A program made the position numbers and the translations under genes. This document shows, piece by piece, positions 45,313 to 55,902 of a stretch of 64,000 nt of DNA. The notes below the pieces were generated by a model that worked only from the letters and a program-made list of their open reading frames with translations, was not told where the DNA came from and ran no database searches. Within the stretch, counting starts at the first letter, position 1; each line of letters opens with the position of its first letter. The stretch covers positions 1 to 64,000 of IMG/VR virus record IMGVR_UViG_3300045131_002929; one strand, 5' to 3'. The stretch is from a virus.

Positions 45313-46671
45313 ATGGCCTACTCAGAATCATCCATGAGCTCCCTGTCCTCGGACTCCACCGAGCTGCTGAACTCCACCAGCTCGGACTCCTCAGCCTCCT
45401 TCGCCATGGGCAAGGGCGCGGCTGGCAGCTTCGCCTGGTGGCCCACGCGGGCCCCCGTGGCGGACTGGCGCGCCATGGCCGCCAGCCACGACTGCTCGCT
45501 CATACTGGCCGCCGCGGACCGCGAGGCCGGCGGCGGGCTGCACGTGAGCCAGGACGGCGGCCACACCTGGCTGCCCTGCTGGAGCTCCTACCCTAGAAGC
45601 TGGCGGGCCGTGGCCGTGTCGCGCAGGGGCGAGATGATGGCCGCCTGCGACTCCATGGGCATGATCTACGCCACCCACGCCGCCTACGACTCGTCGTCCA
45701 CGCCCGGCGACGCCTGGCACTGGAAGGCGCAGCCCTCCGCGGGCGAGCGCGACTGGCGCGGGGTGGCCATAGGCGAGGAAGGCAATTTCCTGGTGGCCGT
45801 GGCGGCCGGCGGGCGGCTGTGGACCAAGTACTGCCAGGACAACGACATGAGCACCTCGAGCGTCAGCGTGGCCGGCGACAGCAGCTCCTCCGCGAACGAC
45901 TGCGTAGTCTCGTTCAACAGCAAGGGCGGGGCCGCCGTAGAGCCGCTGCGCGTGAACGCCGGCTACTCCATAGCGCTGGGCGAATGGCCGAGGCCGACGC
46001 GGGCCGCGCGCTCGTTCGGCGGGTGGTGCTCCGACTTCCAGTGCCTGACTTTGTTCGACGAGTCGGCCGTCGTCAACTACGACCTGACTTTGTTCGCCAA
46101 GTGGAACAAAGCCACGGGCGCGGCCTTCCACGCCAACGGCGGCGGCGACATACCGGATCAGAGCGCGACGCTTGTCAACGGGCAGTATTACGTGACGGCG
46201 CCGCCGGCGCCGGTAAGGGCCGGCCACACCTTCCAAGGGTGGTATGCTGACGAACTGCTGCAAGGGGCCTTATTCGACTTCGCGGCGCCCATATCAGGAT
46301 TCCGCGACCTGTACGCCAAGTGGCAGATCGACACCTACGCCGTGACTTTCAACAGCAACGGCGGCACGGCCGTGGGGCCGCAGTCGGTGGTGTTCAACAA
46401 CCAAGTAGCCAAGCCGGCCGACCCCGTGTTCGCCGGCTACAGGCTGATCGGGTGGTTCCTAGGGTCGGCGGAATCGTCCTACGATTTCAATTCGGGGGTC
46501 CAAGGTGCTATGGTTCTTAAGGCGAAGTGGACCATATACATTCCAAGCGCAGCCAGCGAGAACCTGTTCGACGACGGGGCGCAGAACCTTATGATGTCCG
46601 CCGGCGACGACCACGAGATAGAGATGAACGAGGCCATCGCGCTGTCCCAAGGCGGCTGCGAGCCTTTCTAA
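45313..46671 (+). CDS. Ser-rich, propeller plus Listeria/Bacteroides (InlB-B) repeat protein
   Basis: Ser-rich N-terminus; three F.[SA].GG...P......F.GW...L.AKW repeats. Confidence 0.8.
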   Translation: MAYSESSMSSLSSDSTELLNSTSSDSSASFAMGKGAAGSFAWWPTRAPVADWRAMAASHDCSLILAAADREAGGGLHVSQDGGHTWLPCWSSYPRSWRAVAVSRRGEMMAACDSMGMIYATHAAYDSSSTPGDAWHWKAQPSAGERDWRGVAIGEEGNFLVAVAAGGRLWTKYCQDNDMSTSSVSVAGDSSSSANDCVVSFNSKGGAAVEPLRVNAGYSIALGEWPRPTRAARSFGGWCSDFQCLTLFDESAVVNYDLTLFAKWNKATGAAFHANGGGDIPDQSATLVNGQYYVTAPPAPVRAGHTFQGWYADELLQGALFDFAAPISGFRDLYAKWQIDTYAVTFNSNGGTAVGPQSVVFNNQVAKPADPVFAGYRLIGWFLGSAESSYDFNSGVQGAMVLKAKWTIYIPSAASENLFDDGAQNLMMSAGDDHEIEMNEAIALSQGGCEPF

Positions 46672-46685
46672 CCAGGAGAATCGAC

Positions 46686-47006
46686 ATGTTCGTACGCAAG
46701 GTAATGGCGCTGGGCACGTTGCCCGAAGCCGCCGACGCCGTGTACACGGCCCCCGCCGACGTCACCGGGCTGATCCACAACGTCACGCTGCACAACAAGT
46801 CCGTCAACGCGCAGACCGTCACGCTGCAGTACCACTCGGGGTCCGTGGACTACCAGATGTACAGGCTGCAGATCCCGGCGGCCGACACGGTCAGCCTGGG
46901 CTTCTACAACGAGGGCTTCGTGGTCATGACCGGATGCTCGCTGCGCGGCTACGCCACGGAGGCCGGGGCCGTCAACGTGAAGGTCGACGGAACCGAGGAG
47001 TCTTAA
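46686..47006 (+). CDS. Small beta-sandwich virion protein
   Basis: AGGAG RBS before ATG 46686; VYTAPA...NVTLHN pattern. Confidence 0.75.
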   Translation: MFVRKVMALGTLPEAADAVYTAPADVTGLIHNVTLHNKSVNAQTVTLQYHSGSVDYQMYRLQIPAADTVSLGFYNEGFVVMTGCSLRGYATEAGAVNVKVDGTEES

Positions 47007-47007
47007 T

Positions 47008-50000
47008 ATGCTCAAGCAGGCCTCCAAGCGCAGGGCCGGCGACGGCAGGCCTGTGCCCCATTTCGACGTCGCCGACATGGGCGCGAGCTCGTGGTCGGAC
47101 AAGACGACCAAGCTGCTGCTCCACTTCGACGGGTCCATGCTGGACGGGTCGCTCTACTCAAGGTCCGTGCTGCCGGCGGGCGACGCGCGCCTGGACTCCA
47201 CGTCGTCCAGCCTGGGCGGCTCGTCGCTGCGCGTGACCGGCGCCTCGCATCTGGACGTCATGCTGGGACCGGACGCGCTGCCGGGTTCGCGCAGCCTGTC
47301 CATCGAGGGCTTCTTCCTGGTGGACTCCGTGAGCTCGACGTTCAGGGTGTGGGAGTGGTTCCAGGACGCCGCGAACAACCTGGCGCTCGACTACGTGGCC
47401 AACACGGGGTGGAAGGTGAGCAGGCTGGACGCGGGGACGCAGACGACTCTGCTGATAGGGTCGGCGGCCGCCATCCAGACGTGGCTCCACGTCGCCGTGA
47501 CCCGGGTCGGGACCACTTGGCGCCTACTGGTCGACGGGGTCGAACAGGCCGCTTTGGCCTACCAGTGGTCACCCGTGTGGACGTTCGGCTCCACCTTCAG
47601 GCTGGGCCGCAACTACGCCGCCGCGTCGGCTATGGTAGGCAACGTCGACGAGGTCAGGCTGGTCGTGGGCGGGCCCGTGGTGGCTTCCGTGCCTACGGCC
47701 AGGTATGGCGTCGCCGAGCTGCTGACCGGCAGGGGCGCGCAGCTCGTCGACATTAACGGCGCCGGAGTCTACTACTGGGGCGTCTCGCCCGAGGGCGGCG
47801 GCGAACCCGTCGCCTGCAGGTGCGGCGACTACCTGCTGGTCTTCGGCCGGCGCCTGACGCGCGGCGGCTCGATCTTCGAATGCGTCGTCGACACGATGGC
47901 GCTGCAATGGCTGGGCAACGTCAGCTGGGGCGGCTACGACTACGAGCCCTGGCGCGGCTACGTCGAAGCGGTCGGCCAATGCCTGGTCGTAGGCGCCAGG
48001 GCGCTAATGGTGCGCTCCGCCGGCAACCCTGGGCTTATGCTTGGCGACGCGCTAAGTTCGTACTCCGTGAACGGTTACGCCGCGGTAAGCAATAGCGTCG
48101 TCAGGGATAACGACTGCTTCTACGTGGGCAACGCCGGATCCATACGCATGGCCAAATTGGGCGGCGGCGCGTTGTTCACATGGTTCGACGGCATATCGAC
48201 CACTTATCTCACGCACATGCCGGCGGCCTGCATAACCGCCGCGGGCGCCGACAACGGGGTGCGTGTGGCCGCGTTGCGCTCTGGGTCGCAGTACGGCTCC
48301 GGGTGCCAGGCGCTGGTGGTAGGGCGCGGCGGGCTGGTCTCGGCCTACTCGTCGCTCATCGTGACGCTGACGGATCCGATCACCCGGCTGTCCGCGGACG
48401 TGAGCCTGGCCCAGCTGCCTGAGCTTTTCGTGGGCGTGTCCGCGTTCTGTTGGAAGGGCGTGTGCTCCGCCACCCATGTCTACCTGGCGCTGAACTCGCT
48501 CAACGGGTCGCCCGCCGGGATAATCGTCAGGCTGCCGATGGCGGATTGGTCGCTGGCCGGCGTGGAGGCCTTGCGCCTGCACTCGGTCGACGCGCGGCTG
48601 GTCAACATATCGGGCCTGGCCTATGACGGCCGGCACGTGTACTGCCTCGCGTCGGGCCTTGCCGGCGGCGCGCTGGCCAAGGTCGACGAGCTTAACTTCA
48701 CAGCGTCCGGCGTGGAGGTGGTGGAGCTGGGCCCCAACAGCTGGGTGTGGTCCGAGCTTGTGGACTTCGATTCCTACTTGTGCGCCGTGTCCAGGGCGCG
48801 GGCGGTCAAGATTCCCTGCCGCGTCCACTCCGCCGCCTATTTCGAATGTTCCGACGCAGAGCTGCCCTACCCGCTGCCTATTTCGACGGTATCGCTGCTG
48901 CAGATGACGGGCGGTGCGGCTTTCGACGAGACGCTGCGCGGATCGCGCGTGACATCCACGAACGTGGCCTTCGCCGCGTCGGGCGGCAAGTTCACAGGCA
49001 AGGCCTCCATCGTGGGCACTAATTCCTTGCTGACGCTGTACCCGAGCCCGGCCGGCCCGAACTTCCCCATATGCCGCCCCGGCGACTACAACACGGTGGG
49101 CGCCTACACGCTGGACTTCTGGCTGAAGTTCGACGCGCTGCCGACGGACTACAGAACGGTGTTCAACACAGGCGTCGAGGACTATGGGTTTATGGCCCTT
49201 TATTTTAAGCCCGGGAGTTCCCCCAAGATGATTTGCAAAACACATTACGAAGGCGAGTCTCGTAAGCTGCTTGCTGATACCCCGGTCGGCACGTGGTTCC
49301 ATGTGGAGTTTTCCGTGGAGAACCGCGTTGGCCGAAACAGTGGAGCGCGGCTATTTTTGAACGGTAAATCGCAGGTAGACGTTTCTCTGACGGTGTCGCC
49401 TGTTTTAGCCTTGGCCGGCGGCGGCGCGGCTATGAGCTATGGCGGCAGCTTGTTCCTAGTGGCCAGCGGCGGGAATTACTCCGCCTTGTCGGCGCCCAGC
49501 GCCAACATAACCACGCTGGGCGTGTCGCCCAATGGGCAGTTCATGCTCGCGGCCGTGTCCGGCGGCAGCATGTACGCGTCCATCGACGGCGGGGCCAGCT
49601 GGACGACTAGGTCCGCGGCGGGCGTGTTGTCGTGGACTAACCTGATATGCCGCGACGACGGCAGCTGCGTGGCTAGCGTGTGGAACAACGCGACGTACTA
49701 TGAGTCTTCCAATTTTGGCGAATCGTGGTCCGCCAAGTCCGTCGGCACAACCACCACCCGCATAGTCATGTCGTCGGATGGTAGGTACAGGCTTGGCGCC
49801 GGGTCGACTGATGGATGGTATTACGGCAATCCCACCATGCACATATCTTCCGATTACGGCGCCACATGGTCCACTTATAATTACGGCTCAGTCGGCGCAT
49901 TTACGAATAGCGTGGCAATGTCCGCGTCCGGCGCCGTCATGGCCGGCGCGGCGGCGTTGTACGCGGCGAATCTGCCTACCCACGAACGCTACGTGTATAT

Positions 50001-50502
50001 CAGCGTGAACTACGGCGCCACATGGACGCAGCTTACGGGGGCAGGCGGCCGTAACAGCTGGACATGCTGCGCGGTGTCGGCGGACGGCGCGAAGGCAGCC
50101 TTCGCGGCTGTGGGCTCGCGGCTATGGATCTACACCGTGGCGACCGGAACGTTCGACGAGATCACCGACGTGCCCGAGAAGCCGGCTTGGAACTCCGTGG
50201 CGTTGTCCGCGGACGGCTCCAAGGCTTACGCGTTGTCCGGCGACGGCTATCTGTACCGAGTCGATGTGACGGCTGGCACCTTGGAGCCGTCGAACGGCGT
50301 TTTGAATTTTCAGGCCATAGTCGGAGCGGCCGTAGCAAACTATTGGGGGGTGAATCAGTGCGGCATCGGCTACCACAATCAATTCTTCTTCGGCAACGCC
50401 TGGCAAGCCGCCTGGCCCGGCATGCACGTGTCGGACATAAGGCTGACGAACGACGTGCTGCACACCGCCGATTTCACGCCGCCAGCGCAGAAGACGCTTT
50501 GA
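47008..50502 (+). CDS. LamG/concanavalin-like plus propeller receptor-binding protein
   Basis: TKLLLHFDG, TWLHVAVTR..TWRLLVDG, GNVDEVRL; a second LamG (YTLDFWLK...SDIRLT...DFTPP) is interrupted by Asp-box repeats. Confidence 0.8.
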   Translation: MLKQASKRRAGDGRPVPHFDVADMGASSWSDKTTKLLLHFDGSMLDGSLYSRSVLPAGDARLDSTSSSLGGSSLRVTGASHLDVMLGPDALPGSRSLSIEGFFLVDSVSSTFRVWEWFQDAANNLALDYVANTGWKVSRLDAGTQTTLLIGSAAAIQTWLHVAVTRVGTTWRLLVDGVEQAALAYQWSPVWTFGSTFRLGRNYAAASAMVGNVDEVRLVVGGPVVASVPTARYGVAELLTGRGAQLVDINGAGVYYWGVSPEGGGEPVACRCGDYLLVFGRRLTRGGSIFECVVDTMALQWLGNVSWGGYDYEPWRGYVEAVGQCLVVGARALMVRSAGNPGLMLGDALSSYSVNGYAAVSNSVVRDNDCFYVGNAGSIRMAKLGGGALFTWFDGISTTYLTHMPAACITAAGADNGVRVAALRSGSQYGSGCQALVVGRGGLVSAYSSLIVTLTDPITRLSADVSLAQLPELFVGVSAFCWKGVCSATHVYLALNSLNGSPAGIIVRLPMADWSLAGVEALRLHSVDARLVNISGLAYDGRHVYCLASGLAGGALAKVDELNFTASGVEVVELGPNSWVWSELVDFDSYLCAVSRARAVKIPCRVHSAAYFECSDAELPYPLPISTVSLLQMTGGAAFDETLRGSRVTSTNVAFAASGGKFTGKASIVGTNSLLTLYPSPAGPNFPICRPGDYNTVGAYTLDFWLKFDALPTDYRTVFNTGVEDYGFMALYFKPGSSPKMICKTHYEGESRKLLADTPVGTWFHVEFSVENRVGRNSGARLFLNGKSQVDVSLTVSPVLALAGGGAAMSYGGSLFLVASGGNYSALSAPSANITTLGVSPNGQFMLAAVSGGSMYASIDGGASWTTRSAAGVLSWTNLICRDDGSCVASVWNNATYYESSNFGESWSAKSVGTTTTRIVMSSDGRYRLGAGSTDGWYYGNPTMHISSDYGATWSTYNYGSVGAFTNSVAMSASGAVMAGAAALYAANLPTHERYVYISVNYGATWTQLTGAGGRNSWTCCAVSADGAKAAFAAVGSRLWIYTVATGTFDEITDVPEKPAWNSVALSADGSKAYALSGDGYLYRVDVTAGTLEPSNGVLNFQAIVGAAVANYWGVNQCGIGYHNQFFFGNAWQAAWPGMHVSDIRLTNDVLHTADFTPPAQKTL

Positions 50503-50527
50503 CAAAACGTAAAACAGAGTAAAAAAA

Positions 50528-52006
50528 ATGACAGATGGCGTGATCTACTTCAACGTCGGCACCAAGTGCCTCCACAGGCTGGCCGTGTCGCTGCGCTCAA
50601 TGCGCAGAATACACTCAGGGCCCTGCGCCGCACTTTGCGCCGACGAATGCCCGCGATGGTTCGCGGAGCTGGCCCGCGCGCTCGACGTCGAACTCCGCGC
50701 CTTCGATCCTGAAGGGCTGCCCCCGCTGGTATTGAAGGCGCGGCTGCACCGCCACAGCCCTTTCGACCGCTCGCTCTTCATAGACGCGGACACGCTGGTG
50801 ACCGGCCGCTTCGACGAGCTTTTCGACCTGATAGGCGAATATGGCTTCGCCGTGGGCCGCTTCGCCGGATGGCGCACCAAGGGCCGGACCATCGCCAGCC
50901 GCATAGCGGCCATGGCCCCGGCGTGCGGGCCGGCCATGGTGGCCGCCGCCTTGGCCTACGGCCCGGCTGTGAACACCGGGGTGTTCGGCTTCACGAAGGA
51001 TTCGAAATTTTTAGAGCCGTGGGCGGACCTTACGCTGCGCGCCCACGAGCTCGGGTGCTCCCGCATACCGGACGAGCTCGCGTGCCAGATGCTGCTGCCC
51101 GCCATCCGCAGCGCGACTTTCGACGAACGCTACGGCGAGTCGGTGAAATTCGGCAAGCTGGGTCCGACCACCCGCATAGTCCATTACCACGGCCGCAAGC
51201 ACGCGCAGGGCTTCCCGGCATGCGGCGAGTGGAAGCGGGCCTACTGGGAGCTCATGGCCGAATGCACGGACGAGGTCCGGGCCGGCCTGGCCGCGGACCT
51301 CGGCGACAAGACGCTGCGCAACTACCGGCGGCGCGAGGCGCTGACCTTCGTCACGGCGGTGGATCCGGGCTATCTGGCCAGCCTGCGGGCCAACTTTCCG
51401 CTTATGGCGGAGGTCGCCGGAATAGCTGGCGAGCCTTGGATCTGCTATGTGAACGGGATTCCCATCGACGACCCGCGGCTTGACTTCCTGAAGGGCCGCG
51501 CCCTTGTGCGAGCCTGGGACTTCGACGCGCCCACCCAGCGCGAGCGGATGCTGACCTGTTTCGTGAAGGCCGCGCCGTTCGACGTCAAGACGCCGCGCTG
51601 GGTCAAGGTGGACGCTGACGTCCGGCCGAGTGGCGCCGCTTTCAAATTCGAGGCGGGCTGGCGCGGCGCGGCGCTCGTAGGCCACCGCTGGCATTACACC
51701 AAGCCTGGCCGATGGCTGCGCGGCCTGGAGGAATGGGCGGACGCCCACCCAGGTTTCGCGGGCAGCGCCCGGCTGTTCACGGCGGGCCATCTGGTGGACG
51801 CCGACGCGCAGCTTCGCTACGGCCACCCCAGGATAGCCTCGTTCATGTGCGCGCACGACACGGCGTTCACGCGTAGATGCGCCGAGCTGGCGGGCCCGGG
51901 GCGGCTGCCGGTGCCCAGCCACGACACTTTCCTATGGTACTGCGCGGCGCGGCTGGGCGAGCCTATCGCCCGTACCAACTTCAAGAAGAAGGGCTTCCAC
52001 CCATGA
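50528..52006 (+). CDS. Two-domain GT-A glycosyltransferase (GT8-like N-domain)
   Basis: SPFDRSLFIDADTL, VNTGVFGF, IVHYHG; second DxD in WVKVDAD. Confidence 0.75.
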   Translation: MTDGVIYFNVGTKCLHRLAVSLRSMRRIHSGPCAALCADECPRWFAELARALDVELRAFDPEGLPPLVLKARLHRHSPFDRSLFIDADTLVTGRFDELFDLIGEYGFAVGRFAGWRTKGRTIASRIAAMAPACGPAMVAAALAYGPAVNTGVFGFTKDSKFLEPWADLTLRAHELGCSRIPDELACQMLLPAIRSATFDERYGESVKFGKLGPTTRIVHYHGRKHAQGFPACGEWKRAYWELMAECTDEVRAGLAADLGDKTLRNYRRREALTFVTAVDPGYLASLRANFPLMAEVAGIAGEPWICYVNGIPIDDPRLDFLKGRALVRAWDFDAPTQRERMLTCFVKAAPFDVKTPRWVKVDADVRPSGAAFKFEAGWRGAALVGHRWHYTKPGRWLRGLEEWADAHPGFAGSARLFTAGHLVDADAQLRYGHPRIASFMCAHDTAFTRRCAELAGPGRLPVPSHDTFLWYCAARLGEPIARTNFKKKGFHP

Positions 52007-52734
52007 TAGAGCTGAACGCGCAGTGCCACTCGTTCGGCATGCGGCTATGCTGGATGCTGTCCAGCCTGGCCGACCAGCGCGGAGCCGCCGGCCTGTTCAA
52101 AGTGTCCGTGGCCTACGCCGCCGACGAGCCGGGGGCGCTGGCCGCCTGCAGAGTGCTGGACTATTTCAAGGGCCGCCTGAGCCTAGTCCGCAGGGAGTAC
52201 CCCGACATGGCCGCCATGATGCTGCGCGGCCGCACCCGCTCGGCGGCCGCCATGGACACGGACGCGGAGTGGATCTTCTTCGCGGACTGCGACGCCGTGT
52301 ACCACCCGGACTACATGGCGGCGCTCGCGTCGGAGCTAGGTCGCCTGCGCGGCGAGGCCGCCGGCAAGTGCGTCTGGTCGGCGCGGCGCACGATGGCCGT
52401 GGAGGCCGGCGAGGCGCTGGTGGGCTCGATGGCCAGGCCGGCCTATGTCCCTGACTCTTTCAAAAGGGCCGACGCCGTCTCCACTGCGTGGTCGAAGCCG
52501 TGCCCCTGCGTGGGCAACACCCAGATAGCCCTGGCCGCCGACGTGAGGGCGCGCGGCGGGTACTCGCCCGGCAAAGCCGACGCCAGCTGGCTGGCCGGCG
52601 CGGGCAACACGAAGAGCGACGTCGGCTTCAGAAGGTCGATGGACGGATGCCTCAGGCTCGAGCTGCCTGATCAGATACACATAAACCACAAGCGCGACGC
52701 GGGTTCCGGCAGGCACCTGACGGAGCAAAGGTAG
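52003..52734 (+). CDS. GT2-like glycosyltransferase
   Basis: ATGA overlap at 52003; LSSLADQ, R...R......AEWIFFADCDAVYHPD, terminal HINH. Confidence 0.7.
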   Translation: MIELNAQCHSFGMRLCWMLSSLADQRGAAGLFKVSVAYAADEPGALAACRVLDYFKGRLSLVRREYPDMAAMMLRGRTRSAAAMDTDAEWIFFADCDAVYHPDYMAALASELGRLRGEAAGKCVWSARRTMAVEAGEALVGSMARPAYVPDSFKRADAVSTAWSKPCPCVGNTQIALAADVRARGGYSPGKADASWLAGAGNTKSDVGFRRSMDGCLRLELPDQIHINHKRDAGSGRHLTEQR

Positions 52735-52744
52735 CAGTAAAAAA

Positions 52745-53752
52745 ATGCCAAGGATGGTCAGTCTCAAGGAGGATCCGGCCGACGACGCCTCGCTGCGGCA
52801 CGGATACGACAGGCACGTCGGCGACGACTGCGGCAGCCGGACTATGGCCGGCACCTATAGGTTCGGCCAGTACTGCCCCATGTTTTTCACGCAGGAAGGC
52901 GCGACAGCCCACCTGGAGGGCATGTACAGGGGCCGGGCCTGCTTCCTCATAGGCGGCGGGCCGAGCTTGGCCACCCACGACCTGGAGCAGCTGCGCAAAG
53001 CCGGCTGCCTGACCTTCGGGCTGAACAACTCGGCCAAGGTCTTCCGGCCGGACCTGTGGACGTGCGTCGACGACCCTGGCCGCTTCCTGTACTCCGTGTG
53101 GCAGGATCCCCGGATAATGAAGCTGGTGCCCATGGCCCACTTCAAAAAGAATCTGTGGACCAGCTGCTTCGTCGGCGGCCAGCCTCAGTGGCGGCGGGCC
53201 GGCACCACGGTTGGCGACATGCCCAACGTCTGGGGCTTCAGGCGCAACGAGAAGTTCGCGGCGCACCGCTTCCTGACGGAGAACACGATCAACTGGGGGT
53301 GCCACAAGGACTTCGGCGGCTGCCGCTCCGTCATGATCGCGGCCATGCGCCTTATGTGGGAGCTCGGGATACGGACCGTCTACCTGCTCGGCGTCGACAT
53401 GAAGATGACCCAGGAGCGCGGCTACGCGTTCGACGAGGGCCGCAGCCCGAACGCCGTGCGCAACAACGAGCACACCTACGCGCGCATGCTGAGCGAATAC
53501 TTCCCGAAGCTGAAGCCTGAGTTCGACGCCCACGGCTACAAGGTGTACAACTGCAACCCGGACAGCTGCCGCGGCATATTCCCGCACAAGCCCTTCGCGG
53601 AGTGCGTGGCCGAGGCCAACGCCGCGATAGGCGACACGGCCAGGGAGCGGACGGAGGGCATGTACCTGGTCCTGGAGGAGAAGGAGCGGCTGGGCACGGC
53701 CGAGGCCGCCCTGGAGGCGACCAAAGGCTTGAAGCCCGCCAAAGAATCCTAA
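52745..53752 (+). CDS. DUF115/Maf-like (sialyltransferase-type fold) transferase
   Basis: CFLIGGGPSL, FGLNN, PDLWTCVD, LGIRTVYLLGVDM, VYNCNPDS. Confidence 0.65.
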   Translation: MPRMVSLKEDPADDASLRHGYDRHVGDDCGSRTMAGTYRFGQYCPMFFTQEGATAHLEGMYRGRACFLIGGGPSLATHDLEQLRKAGCLTFGLNNSAKVFRPDLWTCVDDPGRFLYSVWQDPRIMKLVPMAHFKKNLWTSCFVGGQPQWRRAGTTVGDMPNVWGFRRNEKFAAHRFLTENTINWGCHKDFGGCRSVMIAAMRLMWELGIRTVYLLGVDMKMTQERGYAFDEGRSPNAVRNNEHTYARMLSEYFPKLKPEFDAHGYKVYNCNPDSCRGIFPHKPFAECVAEANAAIGDTARERTEGMYLVLEEKERLGTAEAALEATKGLKPAKES

Positions 53753-53805
53753 GCGATATACTAACATAAGATGCTTGCGTCAAATTTCCAACAGAGTGGA
53801 CAGAC

Positions 53806-54057
53806 ATGGCCGACGAGAATGGATACAAAACCCTTGCGCCGATGGTCCACTACGGGGTCAACCGCAAATACGGCCCGCACATCGGCATAGGCGGCGCCGG
53901 CGCCAAAGTGCATCTATATCCGCAGTTCATCCACATAGGCGGGGCCGACGACGCGGAGCGCGTGCCGCTGACCCCTAGGCAGGTTCGGCTGGTCTCGAAG
54001 ATAATAGAGCAGATGGGCCGGCTGCCGGCCCAGACCGGAGATTCCAATGCTACCTGA
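53806..54057 (+). CDS. Hypothetical protein
   Basis: 83 aa after a TATACT element. Confidence 0.6.
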   Translation: MADENGYKTLAPMVHYGVNRKYGPHIGIGGAGAKVHLYPQFIHIGGADDAERVPLTPRQVRLVSKIIEQMGRLPAQTGDSNAT

Positions 54058-54961
54058 CATCTGTCTCACATGCGGCGACAACGAGTCGGCCACCGCCATC
54101 GGCAGGCCGGAAGGCGTGGGCGGCGGGGTGCCCGACTCGGCGTCGCTGTCGCAGACCGGCATGGCCTCGCGCGGCTCGATAGGCGGCCGCTGCAAGAACA
54201 AGCCTGTGCTGTCCATGGTCAGCCGTTCCGCCCGCACCTTCGTCGTCGCGCTTCAGCGCGCCGACGGATCGCCCGTCGACCTTACAGGCCTGACCGCCGA
54301 GTTCGCCGCCAAAGAGGACAACAGGGCGATCACATTCTACATCCGCAAGCCGATGGTCGTGGCCGACGCCGCGGACGGGCTGCTCACGGTGGATCTGCTG
54401 CCGGACGAGGTTCTCCATGGCGGCGTGTGGCTGGCCGCCATCCTGCTTAGCGGGACGCCAGGCCTGCTCGCCACTTACGACTTGTGGCTCCACGTCGAGA
54501 AAAGCATCCTGTCCTCCGACAGGAAGAACAACATGGTCACGATTCCAGAGCTGCGGCTGGTCCTCATGGACCGCTGCCCGGCCGACAATCCGCTGCTGGA
54601 CGACGTGGACTTCTCGGACTCCGACCTCTGCAGCGCCATCACGCTGCCCGTCTACGAGTGGAACGAGACCCCACCCGTGCTCGAGCAATACACCTACACG
54701 CCGGCCACGTTCCCCTATAAGTACAACTGGCTGCAGGCCGCGGCCGGCGAGGCGATGCGCATAACGGCGCGCAGGCTGTCGCGCAACAGGCTGGTGTACA
54801 CGGCCGGCGGCGTGAACGTGGACGACCTGGCCCGGGCGCAGGTCTACGCGCAGATGGGCCAGGAGCTGCGCGACGAGTGGAAGACTTGGATGATGCGCGA
54901 GAAGGTAAGGCTGAACGCCGAACAGATATACGGAGGGGTCCGCTCGCGGATCTACTACTGA
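54047..54961 (+). CDS. Probable head-tail adaptor/neck protein
   Basis: ADGSPVDLTG beta domain, then ELRLVLMD..P..N.LLD..DFSD...WNETPP and YTAGGVNVDD; upstream of sheath. Confidence 0.6.
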   Translation: MLPDICLTCGDNESATAIGRPEGVGGGVPDSASLSQTGMASRGSIGGRCKNKPVLSMVSRSARTFVVALQRADGSPVDLTGLTAEFAAKEDNRAITFYIRKPMVVADAADGLLTVDLLPDEVLHGGVWLAAILLSGTPGLLATYDLWLHVEKSILSSDRKNNMVTIPELRLVLMDRCPADNPLLDDVDFSDSDLCSAITLPVYEWNETPPVLEQYTYTPATFPYKYNWLQAAAGEAMRITARRLSRNRLVYTAGGVNVDDLARAQVYAQMGQELRDEWKTWMMREKVRLNAEQIYGGVRSRIYY

Positions 54962-55899
54962 TGGCCGACTATTTCGGAGTCGTCGAAGTCCTTACCACGC
55001 CGGACGACGTCCGGACGGTATGGTGGCGTATGGGCCGCAACTTCAGCCCGGGCGCCCTGGCGCCGCGGTTCTATGTGGACTGGGGCCGCGCAGCCGGGCC
55101 GTGGACATGCCTGAACCCGACTGCGCCTGTGGTCGGCGACTGCCTGTTCGTGGATTCCGCGAGACGGACCTTCGACATGCAGAAGGATCTTTGGTACAGG
55201 GTAAGGGCGGAGTGGGGCGCCTACAGAGACGCGTCGCTGCCCTGCCAGGCGCTGGGCACGCTGAACGCGCAGGCCCGCCTGACAGCCAAGGCCATCGTCA
55301 AATCCCTGTACACCGGAATGAAGAAGGGCGGGATCCACGGGTTCCTGCTGCGGCGTAGGGACTGGGGGCCCAAATGCTCGACCTGCGCCGACTGGGACAC
55401 CGAGGAGCCTACCATAGGCGACTGCCCCGAATGCCACGGCGTAGGCGTGGCCGGCGGCTACTACCCCGGCGTCGACTGCTGGGTGGAGATCGTACAGCCG
55501 CGGGCCCGCGCCCGCTCGCTGACCGAGGGCGGCCTCGGCGTGGCCGACCCGCAGACCGTCACGGGCCGCTGCGTGGCTTACCCCTGGATCACGGCCGGCG
55601 ACCTTTTCGTGCCGGCGCGCTCCAACGAGCGTTTCATCATACGCAAGATCGACCACCTGGCCGACATGGAGACGAAGCCCATCCTGTTCCTGCTCACCAT
55701 GAACAGGCTGCCGGAGACGTCGCCCGCCATGAACGTGCCGATAGCCGGCAGGCCTGAGGTCTTCACGGTGGAGGCCGGGCCTTGCGTCGCGGTACCCGCC
55801 ACGCCGCCCATACCCGACTCGGAGGACGAGCAGGTGCGTTCCTCCGCCGCTTCCGACGACGCCGGATGGCGCAGAGGCTTGAAACACGAACCCTGGTGA
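54961..55899 (+). CDS. Probable neck/head-closure protein with Zn finger
   Basis: TGATG coupling; CSTC...CPECHGVG..GGY; GDLFV...ERFII. Confidence 0.6.
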   Translation: MADYFGVVEVLTTPDDVRTVWWRMGRNFSPGALAPRFYVDWGRAAGPWTCLNPTAPVVGDCLFVDSARRTFDMQKDLWYRVRAEWGAYRDASLPCQALGTLNAQARLTAKAIVKSLYTGMKKGGIHGFLLRRRDWGPKCSTCADWDTEEPTIGDCPECHGVGVAGGYYPGVDCWVEIVQPRARARSLTEGGLGVADPQTVTGRCVAYPWITAGDLFVPARSNERFIIRKIDHLADMETKPILFLLTMNRLPETSPAMNVPIAGRPEVFTVEAGPCVAVPATPPIPDSEDEQVRSSAASDDAGWRRGLKHEPW

Positions 55900-55902
55900 G
55901 CC

